Below are positions 1 through 10,219 of a stretch of 64,000 nt of DNA, piece by piece. The notes beneath the pieces were generated by a model. That model was not told where the DNA came from, ran no database searches, and worked only from the letters and a program-made list of their open reading frames with translations. The stretch comes from Promethearchaeota archaeon. Its GTDB lineage: Archaea > Asgardarchaeota > Lokiarchaeia > Sigyniarchaeales > SOKP01. Position 1 is the first letter of the stretch, and each line of letters opens with the position of its first letter. The stretch lies in NCBI GenBank assembly GCA_048941285.1, contig JBHLNS010000014.1, positions 1 to 64,000 of the forward strand, given 5' to 3'. The position numbers were made by a program, and so were the translations under genes.

Positions 1-416
1 TAATTCGTTATTGTAAAGATTTGGGATCCTAATTTAAATTTAATGGCTTTTCCATCATAATATTTAACTCTTGCGCTACAAGCAAAAAGATTTTTATGTT
101 TTTCAAATATATTATATATTTTTTGTATGAAATATTCATCTATTAAAGTATCTGCGTCTAAAAATATGAGTAACTCACCAGAAGATTTTGGTACAACATA
201 ATTCAATTGAGCAGATTTACCTTTTTCTGGAGAGATATATACTTTAGCAAATTTTTCAGAAATAGAAACAGTATTATCAGAGCTTTGTCCATCAACGACT
301 ACAATTTCATAGGGAATGTTACATTTTTGTCTTTTGATTGCTATTAATGTATTTTTTATGTTAATTTCCTCATTATAAGTCGGGATGATAATAGATATCT
401 TTGGCTTGTGATTCAT
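1..416 (-). CDS. GT2 family glycosyltransferase (partial, runs off the window start)
   Basis: Not in ORF track. Minus strand from ATG at 416 reads MNHKPKISIIIPTYNEE...IVVVDGQSSD...LIFLDAD, the GT2 N-terminal motifs plus DxD. Confidence 0.88.
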   Translation of the reverse strand, partial: MNHKPKISIIIPTYNEEINIKNTLIAIKRQKCNIPYEIVVVDGQSSDNTVSISEKFAKVYISPEKGKSAQLNYVVPKSSGELLIFLDADTLIDEYFIQKIYNIFEKHKNLFACSARVKYYDGKAIKFKLGSQIFTITN

Positions 417-531
417 TTCTTTTCGAGGATAAATTGAAAACAGAAAATCTATATATTTTAGAAGATGATGTGTTATTATTCTATACAAGTATTAGATTTA
501 TTAAATAATTAATTGATTTAAAAATAAGACA

Positions 532-1647
532 ATGCCTAACAAATCGGGTAAAATGAAATTCTGGACAAAGGGTTTCATAATATCATTTCTTTTCTTAATT
601 TTAAGTGCAACTCTAATTATACTCGTAATAATAAATCATATTTTTCTGCCTATTCCTTTGATTGATTTATTATATGAATTTTTAAGACCGTGGCTGCTCT
701 TAATCTTCTATGATTATAATCTATTTATTTATGCAGGAATTTTCATTTCCTATTCCTTTTTGCTTGTACTATATGTTTTAGGATATAATATTGCAAAAGT
801 AAAACAGATGACTGGTTCAATAATATATGTTTTTAGTTTATTAGGATTTGTGTTAATAACTTTCATAGCTACTCAATATGCATATATTAGTGTTTTATTT
901 AATCAAGATATAACTCTTATATCAAGATTAATGTTGCTTTTACTCTTTTTGCCCATGAATTTTGCACTCAGTTTATTTCTGTTTTTAGTAAATGCAGATT
1001 TCTTAATTTTTTTTAAAGATTTAACAAAAGCTCGAAAAATTTGGAAGCATAAAAAACCTGAGTTTGAAATTGAAGTTAATGGTAAAATAACTAACATTAA
1101 TATAAAAACAGATGAACATATTTTCACTCCTGTACCAATGTTGATAATAGCACAATATCTTCAATCTAAAGGATTTTCGGTATCATGGTTTGTTAGAGGT
1201 GCTTTTAATCATTTAATCTCAATAATCATCACATATTTAACTGGGTGGCCACGAGCTAGAAATGTCTTATTTAGGTTTACAGGAATGAAGATTGGCCAGA
1301 ATTGTCATATTTCTCAAAAAGCGATACCCGATCCTCTACTACCTGAATTAATTGAATTTGAGGAAGGTAGTGGATGTGGTATTGGTGTAAAATTGTTGAC
1401 TCATAATGCGATGAATATACAACATGGGAGTTTTAGTTTTGGGCCAATTAAAGTATGCAAAAATGCTAGAATCGGAGCATATTCTGTTGTATTACCTGGA
1501 GTTACCATTGGAGAAGGCTCTATTATTGGAGCAAATTCATTAGTAAGTGAAGATATTCCACCATTTTCTATTGCCTTTGGGTCTCCCGCTAAAGTTATAC
1601 GTGAATTAACTGAAGACGAAAAAGACAACGTAAGTAAAGAGTATTAA
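532..1647 (+). CDS. Membrane protein with C-terminal hexapeptide-repeat (left-handed beta-helix) acyltransferase domain
   Basis: About 4 N-terminal TM segments; C-terminal repeats ARIGAYSVVLPGVTIGEGSIIGANSLVSEDIPPFSIAFGSPAKVIR. Confidence 0.85.
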   Translation: MPNKSGKMKFWTKGFIISFLFLILSATLIILVIINHIFLPIPLIDLLYEFLRPWLLLIFYDYNLFIYAGIFISYSFLLVLYVLGYNIAKVKQMTGSIIYVFSLLGFVLITFIATQYAYISVLFNQDITLISRLMLLLLFLPMNFALSLFLFLVNADFLIFFKDLTKARKIWKHKKPEFEIEVNGKITNINIKTDEHIFTPVPMLIIAQYLQSKGFSVSWFVRGAFNHLISIIITYLTGWPRARNVLFRFTGMKIGQNCHISQKAIPDPLLPELIEFEEGSGCGIGVKLLTHNAMNIQHGSFSFGPIKVCKNARIGAYSVVLPGVTIGEGSIIGANSLVSEDIPPFSIAFGSPAKVIRELTEDEKDNVSKEY

Positions 1648-1648
1648 C

Positions 1649-2431
1649 TTATTTTTTGATGAATTCTTCTATTGCTTTATTTACTAATACTTGGTTATCA
1701 AACATTACTCTGTGGGAACCATTTTCAATTATTAGTAATTCTGAATTAGGAATTAAATCGTTTAACTCATTAACCAATGGTTTTGAAATAATTTTATCTT
1801 CGGTTCCATATATTATAAGGGTTCGTTGAGGGAATTTTAAAAGTTCCTTTTTTAAAAAGAATTTGGAAGTCATATTCTTAAAAGTACTTAAGACGGTTTT
1901 TTTTGGAAGGTTTAAAGCATTTCTATATAATTTTTTAAATTCTCTACTTGCTTTTTTAGGTGAAATGATTTGTTTTATAATCTTTTTTAAAAAAGTTTTA
2001 TAAAATAATTTGAATAATGTATTTACCCAAAATATCGTGAATTTATCTTTCGTTGAGGGAGAAATGGCCGCAGTAGAACTAATCAGGATTAATTTTTTCA
2101 CTAATTTTGGTGTTTTGATAGTTATATTTTGTGCAATTAATCCACCTAAAGAATGTCCAATGAGAATTACATGATGATATCCAAGTAATTTAAGAAAATC
2201 TATTACTTGTTTAGTATAAAATTCAATAGAACAATTTATATTTGATTTATCTGATTCTCCAAAACCTGGTAAATCTAATATAATGATATGATGATTAAAA
2301 TTAAAATGAAATAATTGATAAGACCATTCGAGAGAACTTCCCAACCACCCATGTATGAATAATAGTGGAGTTCCTTCTAATTTATTATCATAATAAAAAA
2401 TTTTAAATTGATTTACATTAATAAATGGCAT
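1649..2431 (-). CDS. Alpha/beta hydrolase
   Basis: HGWLG oxyanion loop, DLPGFG, GHSLGG nucleophile elbow, catalytic D and H near the C-terminus. Confidence 0.92.
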   Translation of the reverse strand: MPFINVNQFKIFYYDNKLEGTPLLFIHGWLGSSLEWSYQLFHFNFNHHIIILDLPGFGESDKSNINCSIEFYTKQVIDFLKLLGYHHVILIGHSLGGLIAQNITIKTPKLVKKLILISSTAAISPSTKDKFTIFWVNTLFKLFYKTFLKKIIKQIISPKKASREFKKLYRNALNLPKKTVLSTFKNMTSKFFLKKELLKFPQRTLIIYGTEDKIISKPLVNELNDLIPNSELLIIENGSHRVMFDNQVLVNKAIEEFIKK

Positions 2432-2448
2432 TTTTTAACAAAAAATTT

Positions 2449-3480
2449 CTATTCAAATCTATATTTGTAAATAAAATTTCTTAGAGGATGTTTAACAAAA
2501 TTCGTAGGGTTCCAATAACAGGGTTTAAAACAATTACAATATTCAAATTTATATTTATTTATTTTTTTAACTCTCTCTTTATGTGGTAATCTGATAAAAT
2601 CGTTAAATCTAATCGAAGTTTTAACATCTTCACAAAGCATCACTGTTCCATCATTATTAACAGCGTAATATAAATCACCTGCATCACATTTCCAGAAATA
2701 TTTATTTTGATACCATTTATTCATAAAATAATAATAACTATTAGGCGACATTAGTTGAAATCCTTGTCTTTTCAAATTTTGGATTACTTCTCTTAATTTA
2801 TTCATTGTTGATCTCTTCAACAATAATTCAGGACAGTAACTTCTATATTGATATTGTTCACTACGCCTTTTTGACGAATGCACTGGATCTATTGAAAATC
2901 GACAATCTAATTTGGTTCTAATCTTTTTAATCAGAGGAATAAGCTCTTTGATATTATTTTTTGTGTTTATTATATGAAAACTATAATCTATGCTTTCAGG
3001 GTATTTTTGTTTTATGTCTTGAAGTAGATTAATTAATTCTGGGTCATATTTCTTTGGAGTATATTCTGAATCTTTAAAACTATCTATACTTATACCCAAA
3101 AGAAAATATCCATATGATGCAAATTCTTCTAGTAAGTCCTTATTTAAAAGAGCTCCATTTGTTACTACATGAGTAAACATACTTAATTCTATACAATGCT
3201 TCAAAAGTTCCCCTAAATCAGGTCGAATTGTTGGTTCTCCACCATATATAGTAATAAATCGACAACCCTGATTATAAATTTGGGTTACTATATTTTTCCA
3301 TTCCTTTACTGAAATATCAGATTCATATTGACCTTTTGAAGTAGCACAATAATAACAATCAAAATTACATTTTCTAGTAAAAAAAATACTAACAAATGTA
3401 GGGCCATTTATTACCTTAAATATCCTATTTATATAGCTTATTCCTAAATTTCTTAGTATTCTATTTTTTATATTACTCAT
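2449..3480 (-). CDS. Radical SAM protein with twitch/SPASM-like C-terminus
   Basis: CNFDCYYC (CX3CX2C), GGEP, TNG, and C-terminal CDAG...DGTVMLC...CNC..PC. Confidence 0.9.
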   Translation of the reverse strand: MSNIKNRILRNLGISYINRIFKVINGPTFVSIFFTRKCNFDCYYCATSKGQYESDISVKEWKNIVTQIYNQGCRFITIYGGEPTIRPDLGELLKHCIELSMFTHVVTNGALLNKDLLEEFASYGYFLLGISIDSFKDSEYTPKKYDPELINLLQDIKQKYPESIDYSFHIINTKNNIKELIPLIKKIRTKLDCRFSIDPVHSSKRRSEQYQYRSYCPELLLKRSTMNKLREVIQNLKRQGFQLMSPNSYYYFMNKWYQNKYFWKCDAGDLYYAVNNDGTVMLCEDVKTSIRFNDFIRLPHKERVKKINKYKFEYCNCFKPCYWNPTNFVKHPLRNFIYKYRFE

Positions 3481-3540
3481 ATTAGTTTTAAGCAGAATTA
3501 ACTGAACAAAACATTTTAAATCTTTATTTAATATTTAATT

Positions 3541-4551
3541 TTGGTATTAAAAACATTGACGATTTCTATTTTAAATCCAGTATCAATTATTGTTCCTATT
3601 AAGAATAGATGCAATCTTTTGCCTAATCTTATTAAGAATCTATCTAATTTAGATTACCCCAATTATGAAATAATAATTGTTGATGATTGTTCAACTGATA
3701 ATACAAAGGATATGCTAAATAATTATCCAGTTAAATCCATAACCTTGGAACAATCAGTTGGTTCAGCTGAAGCTAGAAATATCGGAATTAAACAATCAAA
3801 TTATGAAATTATTGCCTTAACTGATTCTGATTGTTTTGTTTCTAAAAATTGGTTAAAAAATTTGGTTCCATATTTAAACAGTTATGATGTAGTAGGAGGA
3901 AAAGTTGTATTTTGTGATGATACAGAAAAGAAATTAAATCCTTTCAATACAAACAACGAAACAATATTAACTAAGGATTCTTCAATTAATTTTCTTAATA
4001 CAAGTAATATGATATTTACAAAAGAGACATGGAAGAATTCTGGTGGATTTTTAAATTATAGGATTGAAGATTTGGAATATTCATGGAGATTATTGAAAAA
4101 AGGATTCAAATTAATATATTCTCCCAAAGGATATGTCATTCATCATGGTAATAGGACACCACTCCAAAACATTGCAAAGTATCTCCAATATGGCAAATCA
4201 TATTCCAAAATAGCATTTATACATAAAATGAGTTTCTCGTTTAAAACTGAACGAATTTTAGACAAAAGCACAATATATGATTCTCTAAAGCTGATTTCAC
4301 TTCCTTTTATTCTCCTTCTAGCGTCAATTATATTTAGTTTTATGGTTATTAATGTAATTTTAAATATCTCATTGAATTTTCTTTCTATTTCTCTTTGCAT
4401 TTATCTCATTTTTAGACTTCTAAGAAGAATTGATATTTTGTTCAAAATTTATAAATTGACTATTATTTTTGGTATTATAAATTATTCTTTGATTTATATT
4501 TTAAAAAAAAGCTATAGCAAGAACAAAAAAAATACAGAAATTATCACTTAA
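3541..4551 (+). CDS. GT2 glycosyltransferase with C-terminal TM helices
   Basis: VSIIVP, IIIVDDCSTD, ARNIG, TDSD, ED motif, hydrophobic C-terminus. Confidence 0.9.
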   Translation: MVLKTLTISILNPVSIIVPIKNRCNLLPNLIKNLSNLDYPNYEIIIVDDCSTDNTKDMLNNYPVKSITLEQSVGSAEARNIGIKQSNYEIIALTDSDCFVSKNWLKNLVPYLNSYDVVGGKVVFCDDTEKKLNPFNTNNETILTKDSSINFLNTSNMIFTKETWKNSGGFLNYRIEDLEYSWRLLKKGFKLIYSPKGYVIHHGNRTPLQNIAKYLQYGKSYSKIAFIHKMSFSFKTERILDKSTIYDSLKLISLPFILLLASIIFSFMVINVILNISLNFLSISLCIYLIFRLLRRIDILFKIYKLTIIFGIINYSLIYILKKSYSKNKKNTEIIT

Positions 4552-5696
4552 TATCCAAATCTTGAGGCAGTCTCTTCAGTAATCTTATTAATATCATAAA
4601 TTTCTTGTTTAGAAAAATCTGGAGTATAATACATAGGTTTATGCAAATGCTTAATATAATAATTTTTAGTATTCTTGAATTTTTCAACTGATAATTCAGT
4701 ATGATCAAGTATCTCATCTATTTTTTTTGAGGGTATTTCACATAAATCATCATATTTCAAAATTAAAGTTGCTTTTTTTAGAGGCTTAATTGTTTCAATT
4801 TGATTAGCAATAAACTCATAGATCGCTGACCAATAATACGCCCAACCTTTCACATATGTGTGCTTATTTTTCCATAATTTATGAATTTTCTTAATAAGTT
4901 CAGTATTACCAATATTAATACACATTTGATTACGACCAAACTCATTATGACCAACAATTTTCAACCAATCTGGAAGTAAGGGGTTTTCCTCTTCTAGTTT
5001 TATAAATAATCTCGTTTGTTTAACTAATGAGGCGATATGTTCTATAGGGTTGCGAATAATTAATAAAAGTTTTGAATCTGGAAAAATTCGAAGCAAATAA
5101 TCTAATCTCGAGACGAGATAATTATTTTTAGCTAAGTATCTTTCACTATTTTGACTGATTATGAGTTTTTTTATATGATTGCGATAAAATTTCTCAAATT
5201 TAGGGTTAGAGATATTTCTGCTAACTATGTTTGAAATCTTCTCATTATGAAGATTATTAAAAAATTTTTGCCAAAATATCTCTTCAACCGCTTCAGGACT
5301 CTCGCGAGTAACTAATATACCATCTCTATGGAGGCGTTCAAATGGCTTTGTATAAAAATTGAATTTATCTGCAATCTGACTAAACCAATCTGGTAGATAT
5401 GGCATAAGCACATTTTTGTATTTATGTGAAGCTAAGTCCGGATGTTTATCTAACATTTCTAAAACGATCGTTGTCCCAGCACGAGCTAGTCCTGTAATAT
5501 AGATTGGTCTGTCGATTTTTATATTATTTATCTCATTATGCATGAACAATGTCTCTATTTTATCAAAAATTAAGGAGAGAGTGTTAAATGATGTAAAAAA
5601 TTTAGTTATACCATATCCAGCATATCCTACAAGTGGAAATTTATATTCATTTTTATTCTTTGACTTCATTTCCTTTCTTTCCTTGAATTTTAGCAT
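4548..5696 (-). CDS. PAPS-dependent sulfotransferase
   Basis: PIYITGLARAGTT (5'-PSB loop), IIRNP...SL (3'-PB), LKYDDLCE.P. Confidence 0.88.
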   Translation of the reverse strand: MLKFKERKEMKSKNKNEYKFPLVGYAGYGITKFFTSFNTLSLIFDKIETLFMHNEINNIKIDRPIYITGLARAGTTIVLEMLDKHPDLASHKYKNVLMPYLPDWFSQIADKFNFYTKPFERLHRDGILVTRESPEAVEEIFWQKFFNNLHNEKISNIVSRNISNPKFEKFYRNHIKKLIISQNSERYLAKNNYLVSRLDYLLRIFPDSKLLLIIRNPIEHIASLVKQTRLFIKLEEENPLLPDWLKIVGHNEFGRNQMCINIGNTELIKKIHKLWKNKHTYVKGWAYYWSAIYEFIANQIETIKPLKKATLILKYDDLCEIPSKKIDEILDHTELSVEKFKNTKNYYIKHLHKPMYYTPDFSKQEIYDINKITEETASRFGY

Positions 5697-5870
5697 AAAT
5701 TTTACAATCTTAACCCATCAATTAGAAAAATTAATTAAATTAGTTCCATCTTAAATCAATTGTTTTTTGCTATTTTTTTTTCAAACAAAAAATTTCAACC
5801 AAAGTATCATATCTTTTCTTTAATATTTATTTAAATTGCTAAATAATATATAAACATCACAAAATTTAAC

Positions 5871-6758
5871 GTGTTAATTCTAAAAAATTTTAAAAAAAGA
5901 ACTATTATGTCTGTGAATAAAGAAAATCCATGGAAAAAATTGTTAGTTGTTCTAGCAATATTTATGATTATCATAATTCTGACAGCTGAGATAGATTGGG
6001 CTGCTATGAATCCAGGAGTGGGGATAACTTTTCGTCTTTTTTGGCTTATTACTTTATTATTTCTAGGTATATTATTGCCTATTGTATTTATGTATCTTGC
6101 GGGTAACAAAGAAAGCGAGAGAGGTGAATCAGATAAGAAATGGTTAATAATCGCCTTAATTCTATTCTTGGTTGCTAATGGAATCCCTATTGTGTTTTAT
6201 GTAATTCTTGGAATTTCACCTGGTTTTTTCTTATATCTACAATTAGCTTTGTTTGGCTTAATTCCCGCTTTTTTCCTTCAGCCTAAAAAACTTAATCTCC
6301 GAATTCTAATACTAGTAATTCTATTTGCTGTAATTATTATTCCTATTGGCATTCTAGTAAATTTTACAATTGATGATTTATGGGCGGGTGCTCCTGATAA
6401 TACAATATATTACTTGTCTTTTTGGGGTTTATTGATTACATTTTTTTATCTTATTCTAGCAATAGGATGGAAGTTGGGAGGAGGAACAAAGAGACAAAGT
6501 TGGAATCTTTTTATTGCTGGAACACTATTGCAGTTTAGCACTCTTGAAGATTTTTTATATCACTTCTTAAATGGAGAACCTCTGCCTGGAACATGGCCCT
6601 GGATGAGTAATTTTGTTATTAATTTAGAAGCACTATTTGGTCATATTCCTACTGATTTTGATCTCCTTGTTTTCTGTCTAATAATAAGTGCAATAGCGAT
6701 TTTCATACTTTTTGATGTTCATGGCTTTATATGGACAAAAATCAAGGAAAAAAAATAG
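5871..6758 (+). CDS. Polytopic membrane protein, unknown function (start possibly ATG 5907)
   Basis: About 8 hydrophobic segments; EDFLY..WPWM motif. Confidence 0.7.
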   Translation: MLILKNFKKRTIMSVNKENPWKKLLVVLAIFMIIIILTAEIDWAAMNPGVGITFRLFWLITLLFLGILLPIVFMYLAGNKESERGESDKKWLIIALILFLVANGIPIVFYVILGISPGFFLYLQLALFGLIPAFFLQPKKLNLRILILVILFAVIIIPIGILVNFTIDDLWAGAPDNTIYYLSFWGLLITFFYLILAIGWKLGGGTKRQSWNLFIAGTLLQFSTLEDFLYHFLNGEPLPGTWPWMSNFVINLEALFGHIPTDFDLLVFCLIISAIAIFILFDVHGFIWTKIKEKK

Positions 6759-6802
6759 TTTTTTTTTATTTTGAAACTGAATGACCATTAATGTAATGGC
6801 AT

Positions 6803-7324
6803 TTACATAAACACAATATCAGCTATTAGAAGTATTGAATTTATAATGAGTCCTATAATACCCAACGCAATTCCTGCTTTCAAAATAGAACTTTCAGGTT
6901 CTAAAGCTTTTGCTTTTCCACTACTTACTCGAGAAACAATACCAAATATTATTCCCACAACATGGACAATTGCTAAGCCGATAAATATTCTTGCAAAATA
7001 AAAAGGATATGGATATCCTATAAAAGTTGTTCCTACATTAAATGATATAACTCCAATAATAAGAGATACAATTCCAAATCCTAAAGCTCTTTTTGAATAA
7101 GGGCCTACTTTACCGGCTAGTGTAAATTTAGATGGATATTGTGGTACCGGTATTGGTTTAGTTGGTTTAACTTCTTGATCCATTCCAAAAGTTGTTGTTG
7201 GTGGTGTAGAAATATTTATTATTTCACTTCCACAATTCTGGCAAAACCTTTGATTCTCCATCTCCAATTTTTCCCCACAATTTTGACAAAACATCATTTT
7301 ACCTCCAACTTTCTTGAAGTTCAT
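6803..7324 (-). CDS. Zinc-ribbon domain membrane protein
   Basis: FCQNCG...FCQNCG double zinc knuckle, Pro-rich linker, 3 TM helices. Confidence 0.8.
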   Translation of the reverse strand: MNFKKVGGKMMFCQNCGEKLEMENQRFCQNCGSEIINISTPPTTTFGMDQEVKPTKPIPVPQYPSKFTLAGKVGPYSKRALGFGIVSLIIGVISFNVGTTFIGYPYPFYFARIFIGLAIVHVVGIIFGIVSRVSSGKAKALEPESSILKAGIALGIIGLIINSILLIADIVFM

Positions 7325-7441
7325 AATATATATTATTATTTAATATAATTACAATCTTAAAAATAAATACTTGCTATATTTTGAGAATGTTTCAATATTT
7401 CTTTATTATGATACGCAAGATTTGACTTTTAAAAAAAACTT

Positions 7442-8743
7442 TTAATAAACCCAATTAATTATGGAAGAGCAACTCTTCCCTTGGGCATTTCTTAAACGGC
7501 CCAAGACTCTAAATGTAGCACCTTCGTATCCACACTCTGGACATTTGTTTTTTGAAATAAACTCAACAATATCATCAACTAGCACAGCTTGATTTATACT
7601 ACCATTTACTCCGTATGGTGTAATTACTTCGAGTAACCCTTCCATACCCTCACCAACGGATTCTAAATTCTCTAAATCTCTTACAATAATTCGAGAAGTA
7701 TCAGGGCAATGCAATAAGAAATCTTGGTATTTTTCAGACCAATGGCCACCAAAAAGAGTTGGTCCCTCTGTAAACGCATAAATATCCACAATATCTTTTC
7801 GTTTAATATTAAACACGTTTTCATAATATTCTATAAATCTAGCTTTATTTACCTTACCCATTTTTGCTTCACCTTTCACACCGTCCCATCCACCACCACC
7901 ACACCCTACAAAAGAGATCTCTTCAAGATCATAAAATATATTTTCTTTTAACAATCTCTTTTCAAACATATTATTCATTAGGAGTGCACTTCCCCCAAAT
8001 ATTATTTTACTAATCTCAAGATCTTTCCAAAAACCTCTCTCTTTAACTCTTTTAATCATTTTCAACATTTTGGAGATATCTAAAACAAAACCTCCTTTTA
8101 ATGAAAAAGTAGATAAAATTGCCCATATCGTCTTTAAAATTTTCATTTTTACTAAATATTCCTCACATCCATAATATTCCCAAGGTTTATTCATACATGC
8201 GGTAAAATACCGTGTTTTATCAACATATTCAAATCCTTTAGCGCTCCTTTTTGCCATTACTGACATGAACAGACGATCTGGTGAGAAATTAAAAACAAGA
8301 CATCTTTTCGTTCCTATCTTTAACTTTTTCCATTGAAAAAATTCTGTAAATACTTTAATTGAATTATATTGTAATTGATCAAAATCTTCTAATGTTCGAG
8401 GTACAATTGAAGGGTCTCCTGTTGTAGAAGATGAGCATGAGAATAGAGCAATTTTATCATTTGGTACTTTTAATAATTTTAAAGTTCTGTTTCCTGACTT
8501 TTTATATATATCTGAGGGTACATATGGGATCTTGTCTAATTTATCAGTAGATAGATCATCAGGAATCATAAAATCGAACTTTTTACAAATTTTATTTTTA
8601 TAATAATCACATTTATTATAGGATAAGTTAATTTCTCTTAACAAATCTTTACAAAATTTATCATCTGAGTAATTATAGGGCTCAAAGTCAAAGTATTTCG
8701 TTTTTAATTCTTCTGGTAAAAGTTCATGAAATTTAAGGAACAA
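7442..8743 (-). CDS. LuxE-like acyl-protein synthetase (adenylate-forming)
   Basis: SSSTTGDPS P-loop, GGGWDG, DIYAFTE, C-terminal FRVLGRLRNAQGKSCS with the putative acyl-accepting Cys. Confidence 0.8.
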   Translation of the reverse strand: MFLKFHELLPEELKTKYFDFEPYNYSDDKFCKDLLREINLSYNKCDYYKNKICKKFDFMIPDDLSTDKLDKIPYVPSDIYKKSGNRTLKLLKVPNDKIALFSCSSSTTGDPSIVPRTLEDFDQLQYNSIKVFTEFFQWKKLKIGTKRCLVFNFSPDRLFMSVMAKRSAKGFEYVDKTRYFTACMNKPWEYYGCEEYLVKMKILKTIWAILSTFSLKGGFVLDISKMLKMIKRVKERGFWKDLEISKIIFGGSALLMNNMFEKRLLKENIFYDLEEISFVGCGGGGWDGVKGEAKMGKVNKARFIEYYENVFNIKRKDIVDIYAFTEGPTLFGGHWSEKYQDFLLHCPDTSRIIVRDLENLESVGEGMEGLLEVITPYGVNGSINQAVLVDDIVEFISKNKCPECGYEGATFRVLGRLRNAQGKSCSSIINWVY

Positions 8744-8839
8744 AATAGAAACCTCAAAAAATTAGTATAATTTTCAATTCTAGTTCAAATAAAATAGATT
8801 GCTATATAAATATTGGATAAATAATTAATAAAAAAGTAA

Positions 8840-10192
8840 TTATATATTTGATAAGGCTATTATTTCTGCTTCTTCGCGTTCTAAAAGCATTGGTGTTTTT
8901 TCCCAACTTATTTCTTTAGGAAGTTTAAATTGACGTAGAAACATATAAAGATGAATAAATCCACTTATTGGCCAATAAAATATAAGACTGTAATGTTTGT
9001 CGCAGTATTTTCTTATAGTGTTGATTAAGAACCCAAATTGGAAAAATATACAGGATAGAGTCCAAATTAGTAAATAATATTCTCCAATGAGAAACTGAAA
9101 TATTGCAAATGCAATTTCAATGGGAATCCATGTGTCCATATTTGCTAAAACCATCATTGTCATGTTTCTAGCAATTATTAATTTTTTTCCATCTTTATAT
9201 TCACTTTTCATTTTCATTAATTGGGGCATATCGCCTATAAATCCTGCTAGCCAACGTGTACGCTGTTTCACTAAAATCTCCCAACTGCTAGGTACGTATT
9301 CATATATTTTAGCTTTAGGGGAGAATCTAATGATAACACCATCTAAATTTAAAAGTGCTGAGAGATATAGATCTTCTGTCATCGAATCTTCATTAAAGCC
9401 TCCGTATTTTTGGAGATAACTTGTTCTAACAGCAAAATTTCTTCCAAATGAATAGGCAGAAGAACCTAATCTATTTTTAACTTCAAAGAGCAAACCTCCC
9501 CCCGAAACGATACCATAATCAAGAAAAATTCCCTTAGTGAGTTTATTATCTTTCCAGTTTTTAACTAGAACTGGACCTATAACTGCATCAATGTATTCAC
9601 GTTGAAAAGGAGATATCAAATTTGTAAGACTATTAGACTTTAAAATGCACCCTGAATCATAAAGCACAACAATTTCGTTTTTTACGTGTTCTAAACCATA
9701 ATTGAGCGCTGCTGGTTTTCCTTTTTTAGGCAAATCTTTTGATAAGATTTTTATATCGAGATCGGTATGTTCTCTTGCAAAATTATTTGAATATTCCGTT
9801 GTATCATCTGTAGATCCACTTGTTATTATAATTACTTGAATCTTTTCTTTAGGATAGTCTGATTTAACTATAGAATCTAAAGTTCTCTCTAATAATATTT
9901 TTTCATTTTTTGAAGCAATCAAGATGCTAATTTCTTCGTAGTATAGTGTTTTTGGTTTATAGCCACTCCCAAAAGACGCAAGAAAATGTATTCCATAATA
10001 AAGTACAAATCCTAATAGCATAATTAAACCAATTAGAGGAAATATAAACCACCAATATGTTAGAGGCGCAACCAAAAATGTATCAATGGCTTCTTTTACA
10101 CCCGAAGACCATAAAGCTGGAAAATACATGTGTATCAAAACAAAAAAAACTAGCCATATAGCACCATATAATAAATATCTGTACAATTTCAT
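8840..10192 (-). CDS. Membrane-bound processive-type GT2 glycosyltransferase
   Basis: KGKPAALNYG, TED and QRTRW (QxxRW) motifs; TM helices at both ends. Confidence 0.9.
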   Translation of the reverse strand: MKLYRYLLYGAIWLVFFVLIHMYFPALWSSGVKEAIDTFLVAPLTYWWFIFPLIGLIMLLGFVLYYGIHFLASFGSGYKPKTLYYEEISILIASKNEKILLERTLDSIVKSDYPKEKIQVIIITSGSTDDTTEYSNNFAREHTDLDIKILSKDLPKKGKPAALNYGLEHVKNEIVVLYDSGCILKSNSLTNLISPFQREYIDAVIGPVLVKNWKDNKLTKGIFLDYGIVSGGGLLFEVKNRLGSSAYSFGRNFAVRTSYLQKYGGFNEDSMTEDLYLSALLNLDGVIIRFSPKAKIYEYVPSSWEILVKQRTRWLAGFIGDMPQLMKMKSEYKDGKKLIIARNMTMMVLANMDTWIPIEIAFAIFQFLIGEYYLLIWTLSCIFFQFGFLINTIRKYCDKHYSLIFYWPISGFIHLYMFLRQFKLPKEISWEKTPMLLEREEAEIIALSNI

Positions 10193-10219
10193 TGTTTTTA
10201 ATCACTTATATACTATTTT